64,000 nt of DNA from Octopus vulgaris (lineage: Eukaryota): the NCBI GenBank assembly GCA_951406725.2, contig OX597825.1, positions 37,758,001-37,822,000 on the forward strand, written 5' to 3'. The position numbers were made by a program, and so were the translations under genes. Positions 43,000 through 56,638 of the stretch are shown piece after piece. Positions within the stretch are counted from its first letter, which is position 1; each line of letters begins with the position of its first letter. Under the pieces are notes generated by a model. It was not told the origin of the DNA and ran no database searches. It worked only from the letters and a program-made list of their open reading frames with translations.

Positions 43000-44150
43000 A
43001 AACACAATTTTTATTTGTTCAACTCGACATCACCTCTTATAGCACATAACCACTCCCATGAATAAATTATTAAGATAACGTGAAATGGAGCACGCTCTTC
43101 TCCCCACTACAAAACCATAACACTCACAATTAACTTTCTGCTACTTGTGATGTTCATTGTCTCCGAAACTAATTTACTCACAAAGTCTACAGTTTTTACA
43201 CTACTCTCTTAGATGTTATTCAATTTCCGATTAGGTCTCTAAGCATAATTGTTTACAAAACGCAATATTGTGCACCCAAACACTCGTTACAAATAGACCA
43301 TATCTTCCCTTCCCCAGTTATTAAAATGACTCATCATTCAGTAGCAGTATACCACACCAGTAGCAGAAAATCAAAATTATCCAGTTGTGTCCATGTAAAT
43401 TTATATTTCTTCAATCTATCTGCAAATACATAAAGACGCCCACATTAACTTCACACACACTACGTAGCTCCCGTAGACAATGATATTTCCTACGAGGAAA
43501 TATTCTATTTCTCAAAATTTCCTATTCATTTCTCGTCTGGGAATTAGTTTGAGACGTTAAAATTTCTAATACAACCGTAATCTTTTCAATACAAGAAAAA
43601 TATTCCGTTCTCTCTACAAATATATAAGGTTCTACATTTCTTCAGTTGGTTTAACGCCCCCTGGACTAGGCCAATTAACAACAAACTTGTAAATTTGCAT
43701 CAGCTAAATTTGAATTAGAAGAGTTTCTCCCTCTTATAGTAGATGATCACCAGGTATACAGGACGTGATTTGAGCAACACTAATTGCGTTTTCTTAAATA
43801 CCCACTGAAAGATGTTGACAACAGCTGTGGCAAGATGAACAAGAATAATGTCTCTTCTAACTCTTCCAGACGGATAGAACACGAGCTTGAAAACTTTATT
43901 TGCACTGAGAAAGGAAATACCATTTCCGGCATATGACAAGAGATTGTAGAGAACACATTAATTGTAACTACATGAAGAGTTTGCAATGCAGATTTGCACT
44001 GACAATGTCGAAAATTTCACCAGTTTTCAGTATCCCTTGAAATGTTGCTAAGGGATTTTTTAACCCCCCCCTCCTTATGCTTCAGATTATCTCCTATTTA
44101 GCTTAGGCTAATGACTTGGTTGCTTGGATTTTTACAGGTGACATTAAGCG
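43000..44150 (+). mobile_element. Very decayed non-LTR RT N-terminal fragment
   Basis: DNDISYEEI, TPPGLGQL (APGPD-like), and weak GK..RII and LDVAK-like segments. Confidence 0.35.
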
Positions 44151-44479
44151 AAGGAAAAAATATGCCATGGTTTAAATTTGCATTTATCCTTATACTTTTT
44201 CTCCCGATTATATTTGGTAAACATATAAATTACATATGGAAATCTACATGAATGCTAATACGCACGCGCGCATATACACACAAACACACACACACACACT
44301 CACACTCACACACAGTGTAAATAGATATAAATGAACTCAGACACAGATGTGTGTATATATGTGTGTGTTTTCCAAGAGTACAAGTGTTGTACTCTACTTA
44401 ATAAATCAAAAGAAAACGCAGATCCTAGGTGTAAGCAATTTTGTGGACTTCTAAACTCCATTTTGGTCGTAGATGAAAT

Positions 44480-44910
44480 AACTGATACTATTCAACGAAC
44501 ACCTTGAATTCTGCATCCTCAATAGAAGACGAAGTAGCGGCAAGAATGAAGTTAGATGCTGGTAAACCACTTGGTGAATTCGTTCTTTGGCGATAGTTTT
44601 GTTACGCAGAACCTACGAAGCTTGGAATGATAGTGATCTTCCAGAGGATTGGAAGGGTGTCTTTCCTCTCTCTAAATGGAAGGGAGTCAGAATAAAGCGT
44701 GGCAGTCTTAGAAGTATCGCTCTGTATACAGCTGTCTTAATGTTCTGGCAAGTGTTCTTATCCGATTGAATAAATAGCCTGTATTTGCAATCCTATCTAA
44801 ATCTCGGTGTGCCTTCCTTGATTTTCATAGCAAGACAGATGCAGGAGAAATGCAATGGTCAGAATGTGGCTCTTGTTCAGGTTTCATTAACTTAACAAAT
44901 TAGGTCTTTT
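44480..44910 (+). mobile_element. RTE-clade LINE RT fragment
   Basis: WNDSDLPEDWKG..P..KWKG..RGSLRSIAL and FIARQMQEKCNGQN match RTE RT domains 0-2. Confidence 0.7.
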
Positions 44911-44960
44911 ATAAGGAAAATACTCCGGCTCACTCTTTAAGTTGTTTATATATAAATTCC

Positions 44961-45307
44961 TTTATTCTTTTACTTGTTTCAGTCATTTAACTGCAGCTAT
45001 GATGGAGCAATGCCTTTCGTCGAAGAAATAGACTCTAGGACTTATTTTTTGTAAGTCTAGGACTTATTCTTTCAGGTCGTTTTGCTGAACTGCTACGTTA
45101 CGGGACGTAAACACAAAAACATCGTTTGTCAAGCAATGATGGGGGACAAACACAGATACACAAACATGCACATACACATATTAGGACGGGCGTCTTTCAG
45201 TTTCCGTATACTAAAACCCGAAGTTATAGTAGAAGACACTTGCCCAAGGTGACACTCATTGGGACTGGTTGGGAAGCAAGTATTTTACCACACAGCCACT
45301 CCTGCGC

Positions 45308-45309
<2 letters not shown>
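44961..45309 (-). mobile_element. Family A SINE with internal deletions
   Basis: Head aggcgcaggagtggctgtgtggtaa and tail actgaaacaagtaaaagaata on the minus strand. Confidence 0.85.
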
Positions 45310-45349
<40 letters not shown>

Positions 45350-46394
45350 CATATATATGAATATATTTGTATATGTATGTATATGTATATCTGTATATAT
45401 TTGTGCGTATGTGTTCGTTTCTTTGTGTGTATATAATATGAATAAACAAAAGGTGATATTAATAATTAGTCAAACTATATGTCTCGGACTCGATTGAAAA
45501 CTTCACTTATAGAAGAAATCCAGTTTCATAATGGAGCTCTGGTATTATATTGGTTCAATACTATAGGAAATTTCATTAGAGTTTATCTGAAACTCAGATT
45601 AATACGTTTTGGCAGATTCCATACTTTAATTACAAAAAAAGAAGAGATATTCATCTCTATTTTAAAATAGTGAATATTCCTTGTTCAACCATATCCTTTA
45701 TATATATTTATATATATACACACACAAATATACATTAATATGCATATACATACTTATATTTGTATGTATATCTCTGTGGATGTATATTAAATATATAGAT
45801 AGTGAGATAGTGTGTGTGTATTTATACATGTATATATGACTGAGAGTGTGTGTGTATGTGTATGTACGTGTATATGTGTGCGTGTGAGTCTTTGTGTGTG
45901 TGAAGTAAAAATCAATTTTGATTCTTTACGAAGAAGAAAAGAATATATTAGAAATTGATAAGCTTTGTTAAAAACAAGTTCCTCCAGTCTCTTCTCTCTC
46001 ATTCTTTCTTCTCACAATCGATGATACGTTAGAATTGAAGGCATAAATGGATGGTGCTTGTGTAGGATTTCAAATGGGCAATATTAATTTCGTTTCCTTT
46101 TTTCAAAATCGAAAACTTGAAACGCAAATTTTAGATTAGTTGATCTCCACGAAGGCAGCAACCATCCTGCTCCAAACTTGTTGAATTAAACAAAAAAGTA
46201 AAAAGAACAACAACTAATTCTATGAATGTAAATATGAGAACGAATAAACAAAAACAACACGAAGATTTAATAAAAAGTTCCAATAGATCCATCAAAGCAA
46301 CATCTATTTTTTTTCTCTGGAATGTTATTTACATATTTGATAATAATAACAAACCTTCAAACACACATGCTTGCGCGTACGTACACACCCACCC

Positions 46395-46427
<33 letters not shown>

Positions 46428-46474
46428 CTCATACATATATACACACATATATACATATATTACATATATTTATG

Positions 46475-46562
<88 letters not shown>

Positions 46563-47219
46563 CCTCCATGCCGTTCTATATTTATATATAAACCTACGAA
46601 TATGCGTTAGAACAAAAATAAGTGGCTGACGATGATTTGTTATTTGATCTTGGATTAAACCATTCTTCCGCATGCCTATGCATTATTATTGAAAAGGAAT
46701 TCTCGGTATTCATTTGGCATTTGCAATTCAGTGTTTTTGCAGCCGTTTTTCAATTCCAATGTCAGCCAGATGGAACATCGTAGAAAGAACTACTCTAAAC
46801 AGTATGATCGATTTATGTTACGTAGTGAAAACATCTGGCAAATTGTGACAGGTATTACGTTAGTATATACGTATACTTATATACATAAAACAACACTTAG
46901 ACACTCACGCACACAGAAACATACACATACGCAGAAACTCACACACTCACACACATATACACACTTATACATATGGGTTCCACCGCCGGGGACTGATATG
47001 TTTCTGACACTTTTGTGGTGTGTTTTTAGCATTATCCATCTATCGAGATGCTTTCTAGAGGCGGATGCCTGATATTTTTACTGTTCCTTCATAACAAGTA
47101 GGATATAGATATTGCAGTTTGACACTTATAATGCTTTCTTCGTTAATAACTAATTTACATACTTGCATATACCCTCACACACTCTTACACACATACATAC
47201 ACACACATATATATGTATA

Positions 47220-47730
47220 CGCAGGTGTAGACGGTATTCTATTCCTTTCTTATGTCGTTGTTCTCACGCGTTCAAAATAATATCTCTTTCGTTCGGCTTT
47301 CGTTCGTATAACTGTTGTTCTACTTGTCCTGTCGTTTACTGTTTTTATTTTTATTTGTATTTTTACTATCTTGATTTGTTTTTACTGTCCTGTTTTTGTT
47401 ACCACTTTTACCCCTCCGCAGAAAATCTCAAATTATTTGCGGGAAGGACCGTTTCATCGAAGTCGCGTCTCGCCTTTACCTTCGGAACGCGGAGTAGACG
47501 AAACGAAGGCGGTTGTAGAAGGGGAATTTTTCTTGTGTCGTATGTCTTGTACCCTATTTTTTCGTTGTTTTAAACAAATGTCCGTTTCTACGGTTCTGTT
47601 TTTATGTTTTCGTTTCTCATTATGTTTGACGTTTTTTTGGTGTCCTGTACCTATATATGCATGTATATATACATATAGATGTAGGTACGTACATATATGT
47701 ATGTATATATGCATATGTTTTATTAATTAT
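47220..47730 (+). repeat. Longer copy of the 39121-39322 repeat, with a GC-rich structured core (47410-47525)
   Basis: 3' 200 bp match the reverse complement of 39121-39322; ends in (TA)n. Confidence 0.7.
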
Positions 47731-48429
47731 ATATATATATAAAGGGCAAACTATGGCTAAAAGCTAAAATATAATTATCTCGGCTGGAAAATCTTTAGTT
47801 AGCGTTTTGCTCAGCTGGTGGTAAACAATTGCAAAAACAAGAGACACATGCCTCTAAAAATCAGCCAACTGTAATAGATATATAGATAATATACTTGAAG
47901 ATAAATATATATGAACGCACGGTGGAATAATGATTGAAATATCTTTATTGTCAGCTTGTTTGTATATAGATATAACACGAAAAAATAGCTGCAATTTTGT
48001 ACATCTACCCCTCAATATCCACAAGTTTCTGAATTCTGTTGTTCTCAATGAATGATTCATCAGAAAAATAATGTTTTACTGCACTCTTTGTCAGAGACTT
48101 ACTTTGAATGTTAAGCCTGTTTACGATTACACTTGAAAGTGTGCTTTTCACGAAAATTATATGAGCAACATACACGAAAGACTTGTGTGAGTGTTTATAT
48201 GTATGTATGTATGCATATAGATATGTATGTATCTATCTATCTATATACTGAGGAAAAGAGAGAGAGCGAGAGAGAGAGAAATATATAGATAGATACAATT
48301 AGCTAGCTAACTAGATAGTTATAAATATATATATAAACATAAATATTTGCAACGAACATCATTACTAATAAAAATCAAGCCTCAAATATATTACTAATAG
48401 GTGAGTAAATTACTTTTAAAATATCAATA

Positions 48430-48484
<55 letters not shown>

Positions 48485-49932
48485 ATATATACGAACACGT
48501 AAAATTATATATAAATTTTCTTTTAACCATTAAGTATGCTATGCAATATTACATGGTTTTCTTATATGAACTAAGGAAACCAATCTACTATATATCGCTT
48601 TACAAAAATAAATATTAATAAAATCATATTAAATTCCAATGCTATATTAATATCAAGGTCGAAACTTATCCTTTTCTGCTACTCAACAGTGAAAATCTAC
48701 TTTTGACAAACGGAAATGCAAAAGCATTAGTTGCCGACACGAAATGAAATATTTCATTTATCTATTCTCGTATTATTTTCTAAAAAAATTTAAATCGTTT
48801 GATCTTTTAATCTGGCTTTGATGTTTAGAATGTGGGTATTAAAATATATATTAAAACGTCACCATTTTTAATATATATTTCATTGATGCCATCTTCATAA
48901 AACGGAAATATTTTTTCCCCTTTATCATATTTTGGACGTAAAAAAGTGGTGTTACATAATGAATTTTTAGAAAATGTTTTTAAGTCGGATTATGTGGAAT
49001 TTCTTCAGAATTCATATCATTCCTATTCTGAATAAATACACAGCGTGGACTAGATAATATGATAATCAAAGAGAATCTGATTAATAACAAGTTATTCTAT
49101 TTATGTATACAGATTTGCCTTCTCTTCATACCTACATATATATTTTTATGTATATATAAAGGAATTTTACTTCAAAAGATTAACTATCTCAACTGATATG
49201 CACCACTAGAAGCAACTGAAAGAGCGTGAAAGAATTTGCGTGTTAGAGGATAAAAATAAAACAAGAAGAAAATAATGAGTTTCCTTTAATATTTCTTGAA
49301 ATATAGACAGCTTTGCAGACCATAGACAATACTTTCTTCCCAAACCATTTGAAAATGCAATTCGCTTGTTTGATACTAACTAACTTTCGAGTATAGCAAT
49401 TTGAATACGAAAAGAAATGCGTTGAACCAAAATCATTCACGATGAAAATTATTCAGTTTTTTAGGTGTTGGTATTAACTTCATTTTCTCTAAAATTTCAA
49501 TTCATTTTATGGGAGGATTTCTTGTTTTCAAGATAGTAGTATTACAAAATGCTTGTTTTAGGATTAAATTCATCTATATATATCAAACAAATGATTGTGT
49601 GTGTGTCTGTCTGTGTGTGTAGTACGTATGCATTTCTACAATTTTCAACCGAGTTTCACCAAACATTTACACACACATTACTTATGTACCAGGGATGGTC
49701 ATGCACTATAACATTTTGTCCTGCGAGAAACCGGGAAAAACGTGTTTTACACGGGTTTTTCTCTTAAAAAACTTCAGCTGTTTCCAACTCTCCCCTTTTA
49801 CTTCTGCAGTTTTCAACCAATTCTCTCCGTTTTTATTTCTCTCTTCTCTCCCTTTTTTGTAATTCTCTCTTTCTCTTGCTTACACATAATCTCTCTCACC
49901 CTCTCTTTTACGCTATATTAGTTTCTTTCACA

Positions 49933-49994
<62 letters not shown>

Positions 49995-50609
49995 AGCGCA
50001 CTCACACACTAACTTCTGTCTACAATTCGACATCCGTGTATTTCAATTAGTTGTGCATAAAAATCTCTGTCCTCACGGTTTTTGTACGTTTTCCTTTAAA
50101 AATAATTTAGCTATTTTTAATGTGTGTTAAAATTCAGTTTTGCTTCATCTGCTTAAAATTGACTTCTGTGTATTTCAAGTTCGTCGTGCATAAATATATG
50201 TGTCTTAAAGAATTTGTAAGTTTTCCTTAAAACATTACTTTACTTATGTAAAGATTTGTGCACTATGATTATTTTAATACGTTATTTACATGTCCTCCTC
50301 TATTGAGAAATGTGCGTACGGTCTTGCATGCGTACGGTCTTGCATGCGTACGTATGACCGCTGTGGGCCACACACAGCCGATAAGCCTTTATTACTAACT
50401 GATATGATTTCAACCACGCCACTGAGCGGTCATGCGTTAGAAAAAAGCTATCAAGTTTTTCACTCATGCTTTATATATGATTGTATATGTATATATATAT
50501 ATGTATGTATGTATGTATGTATATATGTATGTATGTATGTATATATGTATGTACGTACGTACGTATATATGTATGTATGTATGTATGTGCGTATGTATAT
50601 ATATATACA

Positions 50610-50815
50610 TATAGCTAGATGTGGACCGTTAGCGAGTTGTTCCTCCGTTTTCCTTTTCTCTTGGACATTCCTCTGTCTCCTGTTTCTGAAGAAGAGCATT
50701 GACCGAAATGTAAAACTACCTATCTTTCCTTCTCTGAGCGTCTGCTAATACTTTGCATGTAGCACGTGCTCGCGTTGTTTTTTTTTTTATTCTTCTTCGT
50801 TTGTTTTTTATTACA
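50610..50815 (+). mobile_element. Short element with degenerate minimal hammerhead at 50682-50716
   Basis: GTTT-CTGAAGA-A-GAGC att GACC-GAAA-TG-TA-AAAC; homologous to 38640-38860. Confidence 0.6.
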
Positions 50816-50830
50816 TGTAGATTTGTACAC

Positions 50831-51032
50831 GTGTGTGCATCTGTGTTTGTACTCCTACCATTGCTTAACAACCAATGTTGGTGTGTTTACTTCGCCGTAA
50901 TTAAGTGGTTCGGGGAAAAGAGACCGATAGAATAAGTACTAGGTTTATAAAGAAACAACGAGGTCAATGTGTACGACTAAATTCAGTACACCAGCATGGC
51001 CGCAGTCAAATGACTGAAACAAGTAAAAGAAT
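50831..51032 (+). mobile_element. 3' half of family A SINE
   Basis: gaaaagagaccgatagaataagtactagg ... ccagcatggccgcagtcaaatgactgaaacaagtaaaaga. Confidence 0.85.
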
Positions 51033-52395
51033 TAAAAAACTGTCATTTTAATCCCGAGCATCGCCGGATTTCTCTACTAGCTGTTTTATAAATCACATTT
51101 ATTAGTTTCACTGTTAATAATTAGAATTATGTTTTATCAGATTTTAGAAACATGCGACTCTTGCAATAAGCATCAAAGTCGTTATTAATCCTTTCAATAG
51201 GCATTAATATTGTTATCGGTGGTTGATTTAAAAGATATGATTTTTATAACCGAATTTGTTATTTAAGTACTCCTATGAGAAGAGTTGCAATCAATAGTGC
51301 CTTATATTTTAATCCATTTTAATAAGTTTGCATCCATGTTAAATTCATTCAAGTTCTGTTATACTATGTGATTTGGAAATGAATTAAATATAAAATCTTT
51401 AATACAAAACCTATAAGATTACAATTTATTAATCAGACAACAAGGCTACATATTTTGGGTACTTGCTTGTGTAGTTGATTAAATAATATTCAATATTTGG
51501 TTAGTGCATTATACTGACCCTCTGGGGAGAAAGGCAAAGGCTAATATTGGATATATTTACTTTACTGACTTTGTATCCACGACCATCAAGATAAAGGCTT
51601 TTATCGTAACAAAAATAGTAATGTCATATTAAAATCTTGTTTAACGAAAGAGCGACAGATTATTGTGTATCAATTATGGTAAAGCAAATCAGAAATAGGT
51701 ATATTATACCACAGGAAAATAATAATATTTATTATCTTGTTATAATTTGCTTACTCATTTCGGCCAAACATATATGTAGCCATGTAATACTTATTTATCA
51801 GAGTTCCTATGTTCAACTGTTCTTGTAATTGAGTAGAACAACAATTAAACTATTGCGATTTATGAAGCAAGTCTAATATTACATTTGTTTTTATAACTCT
51901 ATTTTAGTATAGTACATCCCGCATTCACACACGAAGTTATAAACAATAACATGTAAAAAGAGAGGTGAACACCTTTTAGACAGAAATGTCAGGCTATTTC
52001 AACCCAATATCTACATACTGTCGTTTATAGTTTTATGTGTGTAATTTAAGATATTATTTCAAAAACAAAACAAAGGTAAAAAAAAAGAAAATGAATTACA
52101 TCACGTTCTCACAAAGTTTATGAAATTTTTGTGACGTGTGTTGTTATTTAATATGGAAATATACATGACGTTAATATATCTGTTATAATTTATTGAGGAT
52201 ACATAACAGAACCTCTGAACTTACATGAATTTAACAAAACCATAAACCACGCAACAAATAGAACATTAAATGTATATTGGGGGCCGATATGAAGAAAGAT
52301 CTCCCGTTTCAGAATCTTATCTTAAAGCAAATAGCAATGAATGATAAAATGCATTTCAAAAACTCTCTCCCTCTCTCTCTGTCTCTCTCTCTATC

Positions 52396-52427
<32 letters not shown>

Positions 52428-52430
<3 letters not shown>

Positions 52431-52450
52431 AAATATATAGGTATATATAT

Positions 52451-52488
<38 letters not shown>

Positions 52489-52600
52489 TAGGTGTATATA
52501 TGGATATATATATATATATACAAAATATATAGGTATATATATGGATATATATATATATATACAAAATATATAGGTGTATATATGGATATATATATATATA
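52428..52600. repeat. Compound minisatellite (4 units of aaaatatataggtRtatatatggatata(TA)n)
   Basis: Unit visible four times, with alternating ggta/ggtg variants. Confidence 0.85.
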
Positions 52601-52624
52601 TATATGTATCTATCTATCTATCTA

Positions 52625-52659
<35 letters not shown>

Positions 52660-52672
52660 ATCTATCTATCTA

Positions 52673-52741
<69 letters not shown>

Positions 52742-53179
52742 GGTGTGTGTGTATTTATGCATGTGATGCATTTCTGTGGACATATATGCATATCGGAGTA
52801 TATGATTCAAATGATAAATATTTTCATGGTATTAAAGCTAAATTCTAAATATTGCTTCTAATCCTACATACTATGATATTAGCAGAACAAAAGAAATAGG
52901 ATGAAAACCATCTCGTAGATCTTTTGTAAAAATATCTTTAATTCTTTTTAATAACCAATATGTATATTAACAAGCACTAAATGGAAAGCCTAATTATGAA
53001 CTTGAAACATTAGAATAGTATTAAAATTTTCACATTTTCAGTCAAACATCTTGGAATCAATGTATTTATTTTAGCATAAATAAATATATATATAGATATG
53101 TACACCCCACACATATACAAACACACACATATCTATATACAAGTACATGCATAAAACACACAGACACAGACACACACAT

Positions 53180-53269
<90 letters not shown>

Positions 53270-53270
<1 letters not shown>

Positions 53271-54490
53271 AATGTCAAATGATAAAGATGAGTGCTCAAC
53301 ACAACATTAGTGGATACAATACTTTGAATTGTGTATTAAGTTTACCATTGGATTTATGCCAGAATGTGGGAATATATATCCTCGTGTTTAGAAAAATGTT
53401 CAAGACGATCATATGGATAAAAGTGTTCGTCTCCATTTTGGAGACCACAGCCTAGTTTAGTTCGCGGAGATTCTCTTAAATTCCTATGAATAAAACAATG
53501 AATCAAGGACATTAGACCTTTTAAATATTTGTCGCCCTCGGTTCTTTTGGACAAATTGTTGTGTGGTCAATTTGCATTAAGTTGTTTCTGTTCTGGGTGT
53601 GGTGTTCTTATACTCGTGTACTGAGGCTTGGTTTCGACATTGAGGCATATTTCTTTTGTGTGTGGAGCTTGTGTACTATATATATGTTCAGATTTAAAGT
53701 TCGGAGAAGGGGCTGTCCTGGTGGGGTTACCGTCGCAGATGGTAGCTCTTCTATGAAGTATATGAATGTAAGATATTGTTTGTGTATGCAGTAAGAGAAA
53801 GTTTTATCCCTTATGTTTAGGATGATATCAGTTGATTGTATAATGTTTAGTTTTTCAATAATACAAAATTCAGATTTGGTATCCTGTCCTCTGTACTTTT
53901 TGGCATGAGCAATAATTTCTCATTCTATCTAGGTGTTGCTTATTCTACCTTCTTTCGATGTCTATATCATATTTGACAGGGATGTTGCATTTTTTAAAAC
54001 ATTTTTGTCTCTAATTGACACCAGCTGTTGAGTATACCTTTCCTTGAATGACTTGCACGCCATTCCCTTATACATATTCGCTACTCCGTTGGGGTCCATG
54101 ATCTTGGCCTTGTATATGAGTTCAATCTCGAGAAATTGTTTTTAGAGGTTAGCAGTCGGGGATTTACATTAGCATTGTCTTTTTGAGATGTTTCTGGTGT
54201 ATTTATATTTATTGAGATTTAGTATTATTGACCCTACATTGGGGAGGCAAATATAACTAACTTCAACAATGTTTCTGTTGAAGATCTTATGGCATTTGTG
54301 TTTTTCTATTAGTTTTTAGAGTGTCCTAGCTACCTTACTAGCCATATTCATACCTTAAGATGGATTAAACCATAATATTTTCCTATGTCTGAATCTTCTT
54401 GATCTATTTGTATATGGTTTAATGTGTTATATGCTATTCTTAAAGTTGGACCTTTGTAATGCAGCATTATAGTATGGGATAGCTTTTTCC
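53270..54490 (-). mobile_element. Penelope-like element 3' relic (GIY-YIG endonuclease plus 3' region)
   Basis: Minus strand RHRKILWFNP, HKIFNRNIVEVSYICLPN and LIYKAKI..MYKGMACKSFKERY. Confidence 0.78.
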
Positions 54491-54803
54491 AAAAGTGTAC
54501 ACATACGCGCTTGTGTGTCTATTTAACTCGGCATATAAGAGAGTGTATATGGGATCATAGGGCAGCCAGTTTGGGTACGGAAGAATCTATATGTGGGTAC
54601 TAGCATAAATAATATTTCACTGCATTGTAAGTTTTATTTTTCTTCTTTACCATATTTTATTGAATTAGTCCCTCTCTTTGTCTATGAAAACGAAATCGAG
54701 TCCGTCACTCACCATTCCTGTGCAACAGATTAGACATCCTGTCACAAAGGGCATGCGTGGTATGAGTGAAACAGTGTCTATTTAACGAGGCAGATCTTAT
54801 AAC

Positions 54804-54902
54804 ATCACCTGAAGACATGCAGATACCACGACGAGTTGCACATCAGCCTACCCGCGAGAGATCGATGCAAGTTGCGTCGAAATGGTTGTTGTGAGCAATA
54901 AA
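54804..54902 (+). ncRNA. Degenerate type I hammerhead, homologous to 9976-10069, followed by AATAAA
   Basis: TCAC-CTGAAGA-...atcgatgc...TGCGTC-GAAA-TGGTTG-TT-GTGA; flanks resemble those of the 9976 motif (tttaacgag upstream; tcgtatatt...tcatttg.tatata downstream). Confidence 0.55.
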
Positions 54903-55014
54903 ATTTGTCGTATATTACATTTTTCGTTCCTATCATTTGTTATATACATGGAGACACACACAAACACACGTACATATATATACATACACACACACACATA
55001 TATATATATATATG

Positions 55015-56150
55015 TACTAAAACTCCACTAATCAATAGGAATTACCCACAATCCTTAATCGTCAATACGATCCAACGAGTCCTTAAATTCAATATACAAG
55101 AACTTAGACTACCAACACCAAAGAAGGAAGAAAAATTCAAAACCCTGCCTTACATCTCCACAAACAACCCACATAACAGTGAGGCCTTCAACATTATACT
55201 CCATACCACAACTCTACACAAGAGTATTACGACAAAGATGAATCAAATCCTCGAAACAACACCATGAACATAAGTAAGAGACAACCAAAACTAATGAAGA
55301 GGACTTTAACCCAGGCCAAATTACACTCAACAATAGCCACAAAGACGACAGTAAAAATGTGCTGGAGGCCAAACTGTGGGATTTGTAACAACGTAATAGA
55401 AAGATCAGAACACCGATTGGAACAAAGCCAAAAATTTAGCATAAAAACGAACTTTACATGTGCATCGGAGAATTTAATTTACATGCTCGGGATGCAAACG
55501 GCAATATATTAAACACCCAAAAACTGCCTACGTCAGAGGATGGCGGTGCACAAATCCCACATTAGAATTCCGGAATACTGGAAAATATCTGTCAGCAAAC
55601 ATATAGACAGATGTGCATCCAATAAATATCCCAAATTCACAACTTTTCCATAATATAAATTCAAAGACAGTGCTACTCAAAATGAACGCATTAACAACGA
55701 AATGTATTTCATAAGAAACTATTGACCGAGTCTAAATTCGTTGAGCTCGGATCACTGAAACTATATGCATATTATGCATAAAAAATAAATATAGGAGATT
55801 AAATAACTTCCTTTCTGTGAAGTCCTTAGCTGAGATAATATTACGACAAGTATTATTGCTACTACTACTTATTTTAATTCTACGGCCACTCCTTTTGAAA
55901 ACAATTTGGACCACACTACTAGATTAACCATCACAGACAACAGCTGAAATTACTACTAGCAATGCCACGAAAATTAATGGAAATTACCACGTGCTCTTAC
56001 AGGAAAAAGAAAATGTCACTATGAACGTTTATTTTATTAATAATCTAATTTTCTCTTCATATTTTATTCAAGTAAATATTCTTGATAAGGATTATAAATA
56101 ACCGAAACATGTAAAACAAAAACATGTTTTTTTAATTTCAGGTCATTCAG
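55015..56150 (+). mobile_element. Penelope-like element 3' relic (thumb, zinc linker, GIY-YIG) with decayed hammerhead at about 56078-56117
   Basis: LINRNYPQSLI, TLPYISTNNP, CWRPNCGIC and TNFTCASENLIY; downstream ttgataa-GGATTATaaATAACC-GAAA-CATG-TA. Confidence 0.8.
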
Positions 56151-56341
56151 GTTTTTAAAGATGAGAAGATTTCGCCGATTGATCAGCCAGGAGGAGACGT
56201 TCTGATAAAAGGGTATAGGGGATATGGTTAAATGGGTGTTGATAGATAATAGACAGACTAGAACAAAAACTATACGGTCACAAAAAATTATATGAAACTA
56301 AATGTAATTGTTATTCCAAGTAAATTGCTCTACACGTCTGC

Positions 56342-56422
56342 GGCTCCGACGAAGGTATAAGGAGTTATTCGGGCACTCATCTATGAATCCACTGCATAAT
56401 ATAGTAGAAACATCTGTAAGAG
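56342..56422 (+). ncRNA. Degenerate hammerhead motif in a TA-terminated repeat
   Basis: CT-CCGACGA-A-ggtata...atatagta-GAAA-CATCTG-TA-AG; stem III is near-palindromic (CAGCTG-like). Confidence 0.4.
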
Positions 56423-56561
56423 ATTATGACGTTCATTTCTCTGTCATTTCTGTTTTCTCATCACCGCTCTGAACTTGACTAATGCTTCGTTCAGAAGCAT
56501 ACGTATATTGAGTTCTTCCCTAAGATATTTGTATCACCTAAATCTCTCTTTAATATATATG

Positions 56562-56638
<77 letters not shown>

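Larger units (their letters stand above)
49573..51090 (+). mobile_element. Probable non-autonomous Helitron/Helentron-type element with nested insertions
   Basis: 5' ctatatatatcaaac followed by (GTCT/GT)n and caaccgagtttcaccaaac; 3' hairpin cccgagcatcgccgg followed by ctactag; a second end-like motif at 50355-50400. Confidence 0.5.

Noticed and set aside
52428-52600. CRISPR-like repeat-spacer pattern
   Set aside because: The spacers are just variable (TA)n; eukaryotic context with no cas genes.
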